Shown here one piece after another: positions 50,148 to 64,000 of a DNA stretch of 64,000 nt. This DNA comes from Phoronis australis. Its lineage: Eukaryota > Animalia > Phoronida. The notes under the pieces are model-generated. The model searched no databases and was not told where the DNA came from. It saw nothing but the letters and a program-made list of their open reading frames with translations. The DNA is taken from the NCBI GenBank assembly GCA_002633005.1, contig NMRA01000223.1:24491-88490 (forward strand), read 5' to 3'. Position numbers and translations under genes: made by a program. Within the stretch, counting starts at the first letter, position 1; each line of letters opens with the position of its first letter.

Positions 50148-51750
50148 AGGAGAATACCACCCGATTTAATTAGTCTTTTTATACCGTTTTAATCGGTCTA
50201 TATCCACATCGCCTCTTATACGGTCGACCCCACCTTGCGGAGAGGTGTCGCGTTAACCTGTGAGGAAGATGAGAAACGACGCAGCGACGTCAGTGGTTCG
50301 TCTTCAGAGTTAATGCCGCAATATTGCGGTGCATCGTTCCCGCTTGTCCGAACTATGAAGCTGCGAAGAACGCGGATAAATCGTTTTTCAGACTTCTTCG
50401 AGAGCCCGAAATGCTTAGGCAGTGGCTTGCTTTAGTGATGAGTGAAAGGTACGCTGATAATAGCAAGTATGAGGCAAACAGTGATTTCTCTGACGAATTC
50501 CGGCTTACCAGAGATCTATCCATTCGTTCCGTTGTCTGTGCATGTTCACGGCGCCTCTCTGGTATTTCTTGATCAGTGTATTACGGTTCGAACTGACAGC
50601 CTGTGAAACCTAATGATCCAACCCATGAAGTCTTCGTCGGGTGAGCTCTTGACTATGTCGGTCCTGGCACCGAACGAGGTGCCACGTATTCTGCGTTCTG
50701 TTTCAAAATAAATTATTCTCTTCCTAACCAATGCTTATATAAAACTGAAATAAAGTCTGTCTCACTAGATACAATTTGTAATATCTTTGCAGTATTCGTG
50801 AGTGCAAATGTTCAGAAGCCAGCAATGAATAAACCACTGCGTTACCGGCTTTTAATGCCGGCAATAAAGGTAATTGACCGGGCACCGAAGCCGTGTGAGC
50901 GCATGCTAATTCAGTGTTTGCTGACCGAAAGATTTTGTGAAACAAATACTCGATATTATATGCTATGGTCAAATATTAGGGAAATCTTTATTTAGGAATA
51001 CAAATACATTATTTAAATCACTGTTAATGTACAACAGTTGCCCTGAAGGTCTGTGGAAGGAGAACCTGAATTCGTGGCTCCGACAAGAAAGTAAATTTTC
51101 AGTTTCGTGGCTAATTAACGTAAATAATTACGTGTACATTATTTCTTGGTTAAATATTATAGTATTTCCGTAACTGTAGGTTTAGCTTCCAAACTCAAGG
51201 TGGTTGTGTTCATGCCACTCCCGGCGGTCGCGACGGGCCTGATCGGGTTCCGAGCCACTGGACAGTCGGGCGGCGACATGCCTTACCGTTATCCGAGCCA
51301 CTGGCCGGAATAACATGCGTTTTACTTTTTTTAACTCAGAAAATCACAAGTATAAACAACACAGATCTAGATTCTCTTGTCCGAATTTACATTCGAACAG
51401 ACCCCAAACTCCAGCTACGGATCTTGGTAATTTGGCCTGCCAAATTTGCAGTACCAATAAATCCGTAGTAGCGAAATAAAACAAAACGTTTTCTTTTTTA
51501 TAAAAACTCGGTGTATTTTTAAGGGTTTTACATCGAAGTTTGGTGATTTATTGTTGTTAAACGATGAATTCAAGCGATAACCTGACACTAGTAACCCGTG
51601 TTGTGAACTGCTGAGCAGACTGCGTTTGAAACCAATGACGCCATTGAATAAGTTCAGCACCTCCGTCTGCCGTCAGGTGTGCCATTATCGAGTAGAACTA
51701 CTCGATCTAAATTGATACAAGATAGGTTCTTATTTGAGTGGCATTCTCCT
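50148..51750 (+). mobile_element. Complete non-autonomous Kolobok-like element with THAP relic
   Basis: TTAA|AGGAGAATACCAC ... GTGGCATTCTCCT|TTAA (AG..CT termini, TTAA TSD); ORF 50324-50572 CIVPAC...FFRL...W. Confidence 0.85.
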
Positions 51751-54009
51751 TTAAGCTAACCATTTCAGTTTATCAGGTTGCAGAATTCAGAAACAGTAGG
51801 CCATCTTTGTCCCCAAAACATAGGTTGTTAGAAGATTTTTACCTGCGCTGCAGACGTGGAGCTACACTGTACTACACGAGCCGCATTTGACCTTGCGGTA
51901 CCACTGAAAAACTGCTCAAAAGCAGGGTACCGCTAAGTACGTGTATATAAATAGCACATCATGATGTTATCATGAATATTACAGAAGTCAGTAGCTATGT
52001 GTATAATGTATGCTCACTTGAGTTATATTAGATTTTCATAATAGTTTAGATACACCGTAAGATGGCAGTTTTACGTTAAGTGAGATATCAAGATAGATAA
52101 ACTTGGACTAACCGAGTACTGATGTCAAGTAGCTACGTATAAACAAACACCCGAATGATGAAAGTCCGGGGAACGTTCATTAACGCTAGGATCTAGCTAA
52201 ACTTTATTCAAATGCACATGTTCTTATTGGAAATACAAGGCGTTATCATACCTAACCTCGCAAGATCTTGCTTTTACTTAACAAATGCCTGGGTAATGCT
52301 TTAAATAGCGTGCGTAAACTTATGAATGCCGGCAACCTCAATCCACTGAACTCCGGTATGTCAATAACCTGCGAGTTAGGAGTCGCTCAGAGCTGGTATT
52401 GCTGTGCTGGTAAATGTAGATTATCTTCAGGTAAGAACTAGACTGAACATTATACCAAAAGGGTTTGCAACCAAACCCAGAATACACAGGATGCCGCCAA
52501 ATCAAGTGAGGGCACGGAAAAGCATGGACTTTTACGGAATGTCCATTTTCACATATTATCGAGACAAGAGCACTTAATGTTTATGCTATCTCCTATTTGG
52601 CTTAAATTTGAGGAATACCGTGGAAACAACGTTTTGAAATTTTACAGTCTACGTCTCTCATTTCTACTTTTGTTTTTAATTAACCCTTGTACTTTTGTTT
52701 TTTAATTAATCCTTGTACTTTTGAGTGAAGTAAGCACGAGATATAGTCTTGAATACGTGACACAGAATTGGTTGTCTTTTTATCTTGTAAACGTTGTACT
52801 TTTAAGCAAAGTGACCACGTGGTATGGTCTAGCTTATGCGATAATGAACCGAGCCACGAGAAACGCCACTAACGTTCAGACACTGGTGAAAACGATGTTC
52901 CATTAATCCATTATGTAAGTATTTTGAATATTGCGGATTGTGAAGCTGTTGCAGAGCCGTAATTAGATCACTTGCTCGCAAACACACGCTTACACACAGT
53001 AGTCGGTAAACTAACCCAGAGTTTGAAATCCGCACATCGAAAACGTAGAGTTCAGTCGGAATGTTTTTTACAGATTTGTAAAATTGACATAAATCAAAAG
53101 CATGGGAGGAAAATACTTCTCGAATAAATCAGTAAAATCCAAATTAACTTCCTTTGACATATTTAGGGAACTCCAAACGACTTTACCAGCTTTGGCATAC
53201 TTTTACCTTCCTCTAAAAGCACCTAATCACATCCTCACCCATTTTCTACTCTCAATTTTTTTACTTAATGACGTCATGAAATGAGCAAAATTACATTAAG
53301 TTATGGAGGGTTGACTGTTTGTCTTCAAATTCAGGAGTCAAATGTTGTTGCCATTTATGATTGTTTGGAATATTTTAGCCTGTAGGTGAAATTTCTCTCA
53401 CGTGACAGCAAACCAACGCCTAATAAAAGTGTTCTATGAATTGAATTTTTACGCTCAAACAGAAATACTACAGAAGTGACATGGAAGTACAAAATAAAAT
53501 AAAAATGAATTGGAAATTGGAACACTGCTGCTATAAACCAATGCCAAAAAAAATGAATGTAGCATTAGGTTAGAGGTTTTTCTGTGCTGGCGCCAATAAT
53601 CTAATCGAAACATGGGTATTCCTCTGTGAAAACGGAAAAGGATATTAACAAGCTGAGAGATTGTACCACGTATGTTTTTTTCATTCAAATTAGTGCCTAC
53701 ATTGCCGATATTGTGTTAGTTCGCACTATGTCGCGACTATTTCGTATAATCGCAGTGGCGGATCTAGGATATCACAAGGGGGCCCAACATTTTGTCCGGC
53801 CGTAAGCATTTGCGCAAACTGAACCACGACTGTAGATGCGCATAGCACCGAATGAGGGGAGGTCGGGAGGGGGGTTTGCCCCACTCCCGCCCAGGGAATT
53901 TTTCTGTTTTTACCTCTAAAAATCAAATATTTTCCTTGATTCCTGAAGTACTATCCAAGAAAAAAAGCAAACAAAAAAAACACGGAGAACGTGTCAAACA
54001 GGAAAAGCT

Positions 54010-54080
54010 GCAAGTTCCAAAGATTCGAACTCACGACCTGGAGCATAGCACGCGAGTGCGTTACCACTACACCACCTCGA
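54010..54080 (-). promoter_or_regulatory. tRNA-derived A/B box sequence (SINE-head-like)
   Basis: Minus strand TGGTGTAGTGG (54064-74) and AGTTCGAATCT (54021-31); degraded copy at about 63600-63662. Confidence 0.6.
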
Positions 54081-54710
54081 TTTAACTACTATTCTTTCAC
54101 TAAGAGACCTACTTGTTTATGGTCCACAGCGTTCGCGCGAAACCTACTTCTTTTTGTAAAGCTTATTACACGTTTTGTGCCATCGATTCTTAACAAATTT
54201 GTCGTATTTCAAATAGTCTTCAAATGCTCAAAAGACCAAATCCTTTTCGTGTTGGCAATAATGACGGGATTGCTTTGGAAATCGTCTTAAAAAAAGATAA
54301 GGTTTGACAAAGAGGGTATTTGCGAGTTTCTGAGTGATTCACGAAGGCTTCGATTAAATTTCACATCTTACCAGCAGCTTCTGTTCTTTCATCGTCACTC
54401 TTTAAAAAATGTCTTCATTGCACAGTGGAGCAGATGACGAAAACGGAGTCGTAGTGCGCAGCGCCACTGTCGGTCGCCTGGGATATCGCGGGAGAGCCTA
54501 TACTTAGCCATAGTTCCGTTACGAATGCGATGAGTTCCGAATTTGACACTTGAAATTGGATTCGAGCCCCCCCCCCCAACACTAAAGCTGCACACATTCC
54601 AATCTTTTTTCATCCGTATAATTTTAATTACCGGGGTTAATTAATAAACTGAACATTTACTTACGCTCTTACTGTTTTATTTTTTGCGGCAGCCAAGGGG
54701 GGGGGGGGGN

Positions 54711-55033
54711 NNNNNNNNNNNNNNNNNNNNNNNNNNNNNNNNNNNNNNNNNNNNNNNNNNNNNNNNNNNNNNNNNNNNNNNNNNNNNNNNNNNNNNNNNN
54801 NNNNNNNNNNNNNNNNNNNNNNNNNNNNNNNNNNNNNNNNNNNNNNNNNNNNNNNNNNNNNNNNNNNNNNNNNNNNNNNNNNNNNNNNNNNNNNNNNNNN
54901 NNNNNNNNNNNNNNNNNNNNNNNNNNNNNNNNNNNNNNNNNNNNNNNNNNNNNNNNNNNNNNNNNNNNNNNNNNNNNNNNNNNNNNNNNNNNNNNNNNNN
55001 NNNNNNNNNNNNNNNNNNNNNNNNNNNNNNNNN
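54711..55033. other. Assembly gap
   Basis: Run of N flanked by poly-G and poly-C. Confidence 1.
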
Positions 55034-56759
55034 CCCCCCCCCCCTAAATCCGCCTATGAATCGAAAGAACTAAAGTCTGGACTCATGGTCTGTGGGTCAA
55101 ACCTTAGAACTACAAGTAAGTGATAAAAGCTGTCTCATACACTGTACATAGTGCGGGTAAACAACACTTAATGTATGGAACAGACATGCTGTGTGGGGCA
55201 TGGAAATCAGCTATTTTTATTCATAAGATGATACATCAAAACTCTAAATCAGTCTTTTGACTACAAACTAACATAAATCTAAATATATAATATTATGCTG
55301 TTCGCATGCATGGTAATTAGCGTGAATCCAAAGCTGGGGACAGGGAAAGGCGGTTCTGGATACCCAGAGATTTTGTTTGAGGCACATTTGTTAACATCTG
55401 GCTCTCTCAACGGTGTACTCAGTGGAAAGACATACAGTACAGAGAGGCGCTATTTTTTCTGGAAAAGATGTGTGAGAGAATGGGAAGAACTTAATAGAGC
55501 AGTTGTTAGAGGAACATTACATCCCCCATGAAAGATTCTAGTGCTCTTCTCAAAATAGCCCAAGCTTGTAATCGTGGGCATCTCCCATAAAGCCAGGGAA
55601 TTACATTGGGGCTGATGTAGTCTCATTGCGAAAAAAGGATTTTGCAATTTTGCTGGCAACACTGTAACTTTCTTGTTCTTCACAAACTTGAGGTGGCTGT
55701 TTGTACGGAGAATTATGTACCACATCAATGTTCCTATCAACAAATAACCACCACAAAATGAATAATTGGCTTGTTGTTTCCAATTAGACTGCATTTTTGT
55801 AAAGAAATAGTCATGGAAAAATACTTTTGCAACATGGTTTGCATTACAATTGCCGAGCGATTACAATTGTACATACATGTACATACTAGATCATGGGAAC
55901 CATAAAATGGTCAATTCACCAAACACCGAGGAGTTCCTAGAGCTAATGAGGCAACAACTTTCAGTAGTGCAACAAACAGAATACGTTTGAAGTGAACATA
56001 AAACAACTTTTGATTTAGACAAAGTATCATCATGAAATAGGTATTATTTCCTGGTCACAATTTCAAAATTTTGAAACAACGGGCAATATGGAAACACTAG
56101 AGACCAGTCTTTATAAGATGGTTTGTTTAATAGTGTACGATCACTTCCCATCTGGATAAGGAAAAAATTGAGAAACAATTATAAAGGTAAATGGTCTAAT
56201 TCAAAACTTTACCTCCTGGACGGAATGTGAGTTTACATCCCAGGCAGAAAGACACATGAAAAAACAGCCGAACTGCAACAGGGGCTCAAATACCAGAAAT
56301 AAATACTCATTTACAAACAATAATCCGTAATGGCAAATAAAATACGGAAACATGAATTCACATCAATTACATCATTTTTAGGAAAAGAACCAGTACAGTG
56401 GTCCCAAATCATGAAACGAACGCCTAAACGTAATGGCCACGCTGAAAAATCCTGTCAAGCCAAAAAATCAAGTGAATAAAAAAAGAACACGGTACCATTA
56501 CCATGTGGCTTTACCAACTTAATCAACTGGCCCAGGATCATGATCGTAGGCTGGACAAAAATTCAATCAATTAAAATTTAGATTTGTGCTCTTTGCACAA
56601 GTCTACTTCCCTATGTGGCGGTGCTGACATAATAATGCCACCACTAGATTTAGCACATCAGTCGGAATATGTACAGATTCAGCCAGTGTACTGTTTCTTC
56701 CCTTTTACATTGCTACATCTGAAAGTGCAGATTCCCTCTTTCCAATGCACACACCACTT

Positions 56760-58200
56760 CCGCTGTCATATCTCCTTCATCCAACTGTCCCAGTCTCCCA
56801 CATTTTCTGAGAGTGGCAACAAATTATTTTGGACCTGTTGTGGTATAAGCCAGTAATCTATAGCATATGCTTTTTCTGCGACTCCATCCTCAAGTTCCAA
56901 AATTGCCATTGATACATCTTTTGGGAGGACACTTTTCGGCCTTTCTCTAGCCCCCTAACTTAGTTGTCCAGAAGTGATTTGCCCCCTTTCCGGCTACCTT
57001 TTTGCTGGTTTTGAACTTTTCCATACCAAGTTCCTCAACTTCAATACAAGCCACTCTCTTCTTCAGCATTAACCTTTCCTGATTCCTACAATTGCATTGA
57101 AAAAATAAACGTGTTCAATTTAATTTGGCCATTTTGTCTCAGAAAATACAAATACCAAGCTAAAGTGAAGGCAAATAAGTCATTTAGATTTGATTATAAA
57201 AATTTACGATATTAATATCTATGTTCCTGACGGTAGGAGAAGGGTATAAAACAGAAGTATGGCACACTGCACGTTAGAAAATAGTGACAGCGTTCATTGT
57301 GAAATGCATGAGTTGTGCATTATATTTTTTCATAAAAATGAAACATAAACCATGTTCAGTCTATTAAATCACATTAGGGATGAGTAAAGTTGGGTGAAGA
57401 TTGACACCACTGAGTTTGGTGGTTTAGGAGATACAAGGGAAGTCCTCTGGAGGCTAAGTGAGGCAATTTCTTCATGCGGAATGTGTCATTTTTTACTACA
57501 TTTTCTACTGCAATTTCTTCTTCAAACAGAGACTTTTCTGAATAATTTTGATATCACATGAGAGGTTCATGACCAATATAACAAAAACGACATCGACAGA
57601 GATTGTCTCTGTCCAATGCAACATCAAACCCATCCAGTTTCCCCAGAGTTGCTGAGAGTGGCCTATCTCAATAAATTACTTTGGACCTGGTGTGGTATAA
57701 GCCAGTAATCTTAGGCAAACACTTCTCTCCGACAGGTTCCTCACATCTTCTGGGAGTGGACTTTTCGGCCTCTCTCTTGCCCCCTCGCTTAGATGTCCAA
57801 AAAGATACCTTCTTGCTGGTTTTGAACGTTTCCATACCGAACTTTTACTAATAATTAGCAGGTTTCAGACATCATCAGAGGCCACTTCTTCAGCATAACC
57901 CTTTCCTGATTCCTAATATTGTATATATGAAAAAATAAACATACAATACTAAAGTTATTGTGCCCATTTTGGCTCAGACAATATGAGTACCAAGCTAAAG
58001 TGAAGGCATCACAAACAAGACATTCAGATTTGATTATAAAAAAATACAAAATGAATTTCTGTGTACCTGGAAGTAGAACAAAGGTATAAAACTGAAGTAT
58101 TGCACTTGAGATGGAGAAAATATTGAGACCAATTTAAGTTATCCGCGCTACATGTATTGTGAAATTCATACTTTGCGTATTACGTTTATTTTGATAACAT
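56760..58200. repeat. Diverged tandem duplication, period about 850-870 bp
   Basis: TTTGGACCTG.TGTGGTATAAGCCAGTAATC at about 56828 and 57680; CTTTCCTGATTCCTA at 57074 and 57901; TACCAAGCTAAAGTGAAGGCA at 57153 and 57988. Confidence 0.85.
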
Positions 58201-61200
58201 TGAAACATAAAACAATTGACCGATTTTATGCTTTTGCGAAATTTGTTACAGATTTTTTCAAGTACTTCACCCACTTTGAGATTTCATTAAGTCAGCGTGT
58301 TTTGTCGGGCAGCTTCTGCACATCCGTGAAAATTCATAGTTATGTTCAATCAGCTGTATTGGAAATATCTTTTGTTGCATGTTCACAGTGATATGATAAA
58401 AGGAGCAACTAAATAAAAAAAAACAAAGCCCTAATAGAGGTGGTTATTCTAGTGTGCTGGAGTAGCAGCCACTGCAGACTGTGTATTTGCTAAGCAATTT
58501 CTTTCAAAGCCGCCTAACAGTCTCAATGCAACCGTACAAGATCTCTGACCCTATTGCTCTAGTTTACTACCATCCTGGTTTTGTATAACCTTAAGTAACA
58601 CAAAACTGTAGATGACAGCCGATTTGACCCCCAAAGTTCAGCAATACTATTCTGCACTTCACACGAACCCACCTTCACGTTGATCGCAAAAAGTTAGCCA
58701 TTTCAACAAAACAAATTTCCAGACCAACATCTGACTTCTGTTATTGTGTTTGTTAATCCATTATAGGCATATAGCATACACTATATTTCTTGCACAAGTA
58801 TGAAATGGAAACGCTAGGTTCAAGATCCTCGATAAAAATGTGGAACCCTCACAACACCCACTGACTTTTTATTAGTTTGCCCTAAAATTCAGAAATACAC
58901 CACTGTTCGAAAATCATATGAGGAAAACATAATTTTGAACTCTACTGCAATTTCAGCAAGCATAAAACAACGCCGGAATCCTTTAGGTGGCTATCAGATC
59001 AATTGACCAGCAGGGCCTCAAATCAAACTTGGGGGACACATGGGTCATGTTAGAATTTCCTGTCTTTTTTATTCCAATCTTGGGAGGGTGCATTTTGATG
59101 TGCGACTCTACCTTCTACCTCAGCGATGAGTGATTGGGCAAAGCTGTGAAGTGCACGATAGGAATCCAACAGTTCTACTTTTTTGATTTCCATTATAATT
59201 TTTACCCTAACCATCTTTAAAAGTTTCACTAGTTGCAAAATCACTACTTAATATCAAATACACTGTACTTCATATTTTTGACGGCCTAGGCATGTTTAAT
59301 CAATTCCCCATTCAATCGCAGAAATTCAATGGCGGACATAACATACTATATTGTCTTTAAAAGTAGGTCATGGGCAGAAGTCATGTAAAATATTTAAACG
59401 CATTTGGTGGTTATCATGAAAGGTTACGATGACTATCTATTATTTATGTCAACGGAACATAGTTTAAGTTAAGTAAAGCAGTGAGCTATTCTCCTTGTAT
59501 AGCTCATTGAGTAAACATACTGACCATTAAAGCCTTAATTCAACGGAATTTTGTTACTTTAAATGGACATGTATTAGGCTAACCAGACAGTCCCAGCAAA
59601 AACATAGTAAAATAAGAAAACGCGAGTTCAATCGCGCAACTGTAAGCCGGTCAAATGATAAGCGAAGCTGCCTTTTCGTGCCATGTTGCGTCACCGCGAG
59701 ACCCCAGAGCAAACAACAAAATGTTGTATTGAATAGGGGTCTGAATAGAACACCATTGCGTGCGGGTGTTTTTCGCAGCTGTTTGAATTAAAAGGTGATT
59801 TTCTCGGTGACGTAGACAAATAGAAGCTCTATACGCCTAACGGTTCGTTACACTTGGTGATTTATGGAACCAGTGCGTTAAAAACGATTGTCTTAACATA
59901 CTGCAGGAACAAAATTTACATGTGTTACCTTCTGCAGTCATATAATCGTTGTGTAACAATATTTGTTCAGTGTCACTGCATATACTTGAAGACATTTAAA
60001 ATACGATATAATTAAGTAATAAGGGCCGAGTTATAAGAAATCACGGGGCGTCAAATAAATGTATTTATGCTTCAATGACGTGCTCCTACAAACATTCCTC
60101 AGGTTCACACCCCGGATTTTGATGATGTCTACTTGAGCTCACACCGTATCAATGATTCGGGCAAGTGAATATACATGTACTAGGGTATATTATCTTGTTC
60201 TTGGTGCACACCAGCCTCAGAGGCAGACAGACTTCTTCTATGCATGAACACGTTCCTCCCACGTTCCACGTCCTTCACCACACATCCCCTCACTTTTAAA
60301 GTTCTCAGGTGTCTCGCTAAGTTCCATGTGATTTTCCCAAGAGTTTTCAAAGTTATTTCTCTCGGCAAAATTAACTCATTTGTTTGAACTGGCGGTGCCA
60401 GACAAATAGATAAATTGGCAAACCTGCACTTTAGATTAGCCATCATTCAGGCAACGTATACTGTATGCTTTAGTTTGGTATCCAACGACTTGGATGAGCA
60501 AATCTAGTGTAATCTATTTATATAGCGGGAACTGGTTGTTTCATTCAAAATAATTAAAAACATTTAAGCAAACCAATTGTGTTAATTGTTGTATTTTACC
60601 ACGCATTTTAATGCGTATAAATGGAGCACAACTAGTGACTGGCTTAAAATGACACATTTGTGCGGTCTCAAAATAGTGGATTTCAGACACCTATTACCAA
60701 GCCGGTATGATGGGCCTTCAAATACTTTTTTGCATTGATTATGAGGGCATGAAGTCTTCTACATGCCCATGTTAACATTTTCAGTTTTCTCGTGGGGGCA
60801 GCTTCGCTAAAAAGGTATAACTTATAACTTACACCTGGTTTTACACAAGCATGATATGTACCTCCACGGAAACAGTTCCAGTGTTACCATGGAAGCCGTG
60901 GTCGGTGGATCAGGTGGCCTGGTACATAGTTTTTTGAAATGTTCGTGACACAGCTATTTTTCAAACGTTTGGAATAACGAGTAATACTAAAGAAGTAATA
61001 TTAACGGAATTCAAAATTGGTCATGAGTCCAATTCTTCGCTAAGACCATTTGCCTGATTGATGCATGCAGGCACATGTAAGATACTTAGACTTACGCGTT
61101 TGCGACAACCGCACAATAGTTACGAGGGAGGGGGGGGGGTGTATACACTGGTCAAATCTCCAAGTTCCTATCTAAAATAAGTATAAAGGCGGTTTAAAAT

Positions 61201-63342
61201 AGGAAAGTGACTAAAAATCGAAAACACGTTTTATTGTAGTTGTTTTTTTTAAATATCGACTTTTTATTTTTCAAAAAATCCAATTTTACTTCGATTTTTT
61301 CAAAATGCACAGGGATGATAAACAACTGTTTCTTTAAGCAAAATTCTAATGATCCATACCTAACAAAAAATAAAAAAATACAAAATAAAAACAAATCATT
61401 ATCACCTTGATTTTGTGGCACTTTTGCGTGTGGGCTGAGAAAAACTGCTTTGAAGTTAAGTGGGTACCGATTGCCACTTGAGATCAAACTTCGTTCAGAA
61501 GGCGCGGTCATTATGTTCCATTTTCTGTTGATGTACTAGAAATAAAGCTGAAACATTGTTTCATATATAGAAAAAATGAAATACCTGTTTGTTCACAGCG
61601 TAATTTTATTCATTTTTGCGAACTTGTGAGGGGAAACAGACGAACAAAACAAATATGGCTGTCACGTGGGCGGAGGTTAGCGTTGATCTATTGTGTGCTC
61701 TGCTGACCACACATCATTAAAACCATGTCTTGATTGTTTATGTGACTCATCTGTTCTCTCCCCTCAGTCTAGTAAAATGCTCTCTAACTATAGTATATGT
61801 ACCTATTTGTTACCTATTTGTTTATTCCAATATCATATGTAGTTACCGTCTCTTCATCAACCAATATAAGTGTTATATCAAATCACTGCGTTACTGTCTA
61901 CACCATAACAATGTAGGCGACGAGGATAAGGAACTTCTCTCAGCGTAATGGTTCAACATTATCACGTGCCTCTGCCTTCAACGTTTAGACTGAATGGTCT
62001 TTGGTATTAGAATATAGCACTTTCTGCGCAAATAGCGTAGCTTGGGTGAGATTCTCAAAAGTTACCGAAGTTTCTTATCTTGCTTTCACTAAAATCGTAC
62101 AATAATATCGGGGATACGTTTGATTCTATGCACTAGAACAATTTTGTTGTGTTGAACACTGAGTCTGTCTCTAATCGTTCGGGTAACGGCCTGCGGCAAC
62201 TTCAAAAACCCACTGAGCTTGGCAGACTAGTCTTTAAACGGCGCGTTCCTGGCACCGAAGCACGATTTATCTCGAAAAACTCTAGTCTTACGGCATGTCT
62301 TCAGAGCCCGTGCGTGCGCTCTCATCGAATCGTGCAACACCACCTAGGGCGACGCTTAGAGTCCTCTCGCATGACAGCGTCCTGTCGTACAACAACCTTT
62401 CCAGGCGTTTGGGGTTTTGAACGTGCGATAACATTATTTCTCCTTTGTTAACTGCCAAGCACAGTCTTTTGCCCCATATGACAACGAGCAAGCCCATTAT
62501 CTCCCAGGCTTCAAATGGTTACTGAAACCTGGCAGAATGGATTGTCTTAACTTCTGTTGTTGTTGGGCGATATTGGTAATTCAAAAACTAAACATGACCA
62601 GCATTTGAAAAGGAATTTAGAAAAGCTATTGCTTTATGTTCAAATATGTTATAACTTAACTTTCAATTTTAGCAGGACAGCCCAGTCAGGCTGCATAAGA
62701 TCTGATCTGAGATTAGAGCAAACTTCGACAAAAAGAAAGCCGGCCCTCCAACCCTAAATGCCAGAATGGATTTAATCTTTCCTGTAAGATATATTGCCTT
62801 CAGGGGTGATCTTCCCAGCTTGTTGTAACGCCGTAATGGCAAGACACCTCACCTTTCCGAATTCTTTTGCACACATTTGGCATTTTCTGCACTGACTCCT
62901 CAAGTTGAGTGCAGCGATGGCTTCGGTAGGACTTGGCGTACTCAACTTAATTTTGTTTGCAGATGGGCAAACAAGTTCAGGCTCTCAACAGGAGTTCATC
63001 ATTTCACCACCAACTTTCACATGGTCAAAATAGAATTATTTTATTCTTGGTCTCGCTACAACATATCAGGTGGTACAGCGCTCTCGATTGCCCGGTTACG
63101 CAATGTTTGTTTACAGGATAGATTAGAGTTAGTATAAGCTCGGCCCCACTTGTCAGTCACTGAGCTGGTAAGCAGTCAAGTTTCTGATGTTGGTCAAATA
63201 CAAAAACAACTTTGTATATTCAGAATGATTTTATTTGTCTTCACTATACTGTTCATCAAGAATTAAAGGTTAGGATAACATAAAACTGTAAAAAAACAGT
63301 CAGAATTTGTTTGTGGGTATCCACCTGCCTTAAGTACATTTT

Positions 63343-63990
63343 CAGTGGCGGATCTAGGATATCACAAAGGGGGGCCCAACATTTTGTCCGGCTGGAAGCA
63401 TTTGCGCAAACTGAACCACGATTGTAGATGCGCATAGCACCAAATGAGGGGAGGTCGGGAGGGGGGTTTGCCCCCCCATCCCGCCCAGGAAATTTTTCTG
63501 TTTTTACCTCTAAAAATTAAGCATTTTCCTTGATTCCTGAAGTACATGTATTATTCAAGAAAAAAAAAACAGAGAACGTGTCAAACAGGAAAACTAAACG
63601 TACCAAAGATTTGAACTCACGACCTAGCGGATAGAGAGCACGTGCGTAACCACTACACCACAACGATTTAACTAGTGATCTCATACTAAAAGACCTACTT
63701 GTTTATGGTCCATAACGTTTGCGCGCTAAACCTATTTCTTATCGTAATGCTTATTACACGTTTTATATTTTGTGCCATGAATTCTTAACAAATTTGTCGT
63801 ATTTATAATAGTCTTCAAATGCCCAAAAGACCAAATCCGTTTTTCGTGTTGGCAATAATGACGGGATTGCTTTGGAAATCGTCTAAGTTAAGGTTTGACA
63901 AAGAGAGTATTGCGAGTTTCTGAGTGATTCACTAAGGCTTCGATTAAAATTCACATCTTACCAGCAGCTTCTGTTTTTTCATCGTCACTC
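63343..63990. mobile_element. Second, truncated copy of the 53753 element
   Basis: Collinear similarity from CAGTGGCGGATCTAGGATATCACAA to TTCATCGTCACTC. Confidence 0.85.
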
Positions 63991-64000
63991 AGGTTCCATT

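Larger units (their letters stand above)
53753..55058. mobile_element. hAT-like non-autonomous element containing a tRNA-like segment; spans the N gap
   Basis: CAGTGGCGGATCTAGG ... TAAATCCGCCTATG ends; first ~650 bp repeated at 63343-63990. Confidence 0.55.

Noticed and set aside
54684-55073. 129-aa ORF
   Set aside because: Almost entirely N gap
61650-61680. AATATGGC-CACGTG-GGCGG promoter-like cluster
   Set aside because: Short motifs with no associated gene evidence

Overview
Repeat-rich, AT-rich eukaryotic DNA, most likely from an invertebrate (bilaterian) draft assembly with one N gap and three single-n contig joins. Only two long intact ORFs are present, both from mobile elements: a Penelope-like RT+GIY-YIG element with a minimal hammerhead ribozyme (about 12.9-15.06 kb, -) and a Crypton-type tyrosine recombinase (47148-48443, +). 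The best candidate for a novel system is the 2.2-kb Crypton-like element 46673-48900. It has a 164-nt left-end hairpin with repeated tandem GA/GA mismatches, an internal tract complementary to its own joined ends, an outward-facing tRNA-like Pol III promoter at the right end, and a diverged non-autonomous relative joined precisely head-to-tail behind it. The window also holds host kringle exons (one with TAG at the conserved Trp) plus a GPI-like terminal exon, a TSD-flanked RNase H LINE ending in poly(T), Helentron-type (HINE) arrays carrying CTCF-like motifs, three THAP/Kolobok-like elements, several MITEs and decayed coding relics. All calls were made by eye, with no database searches.
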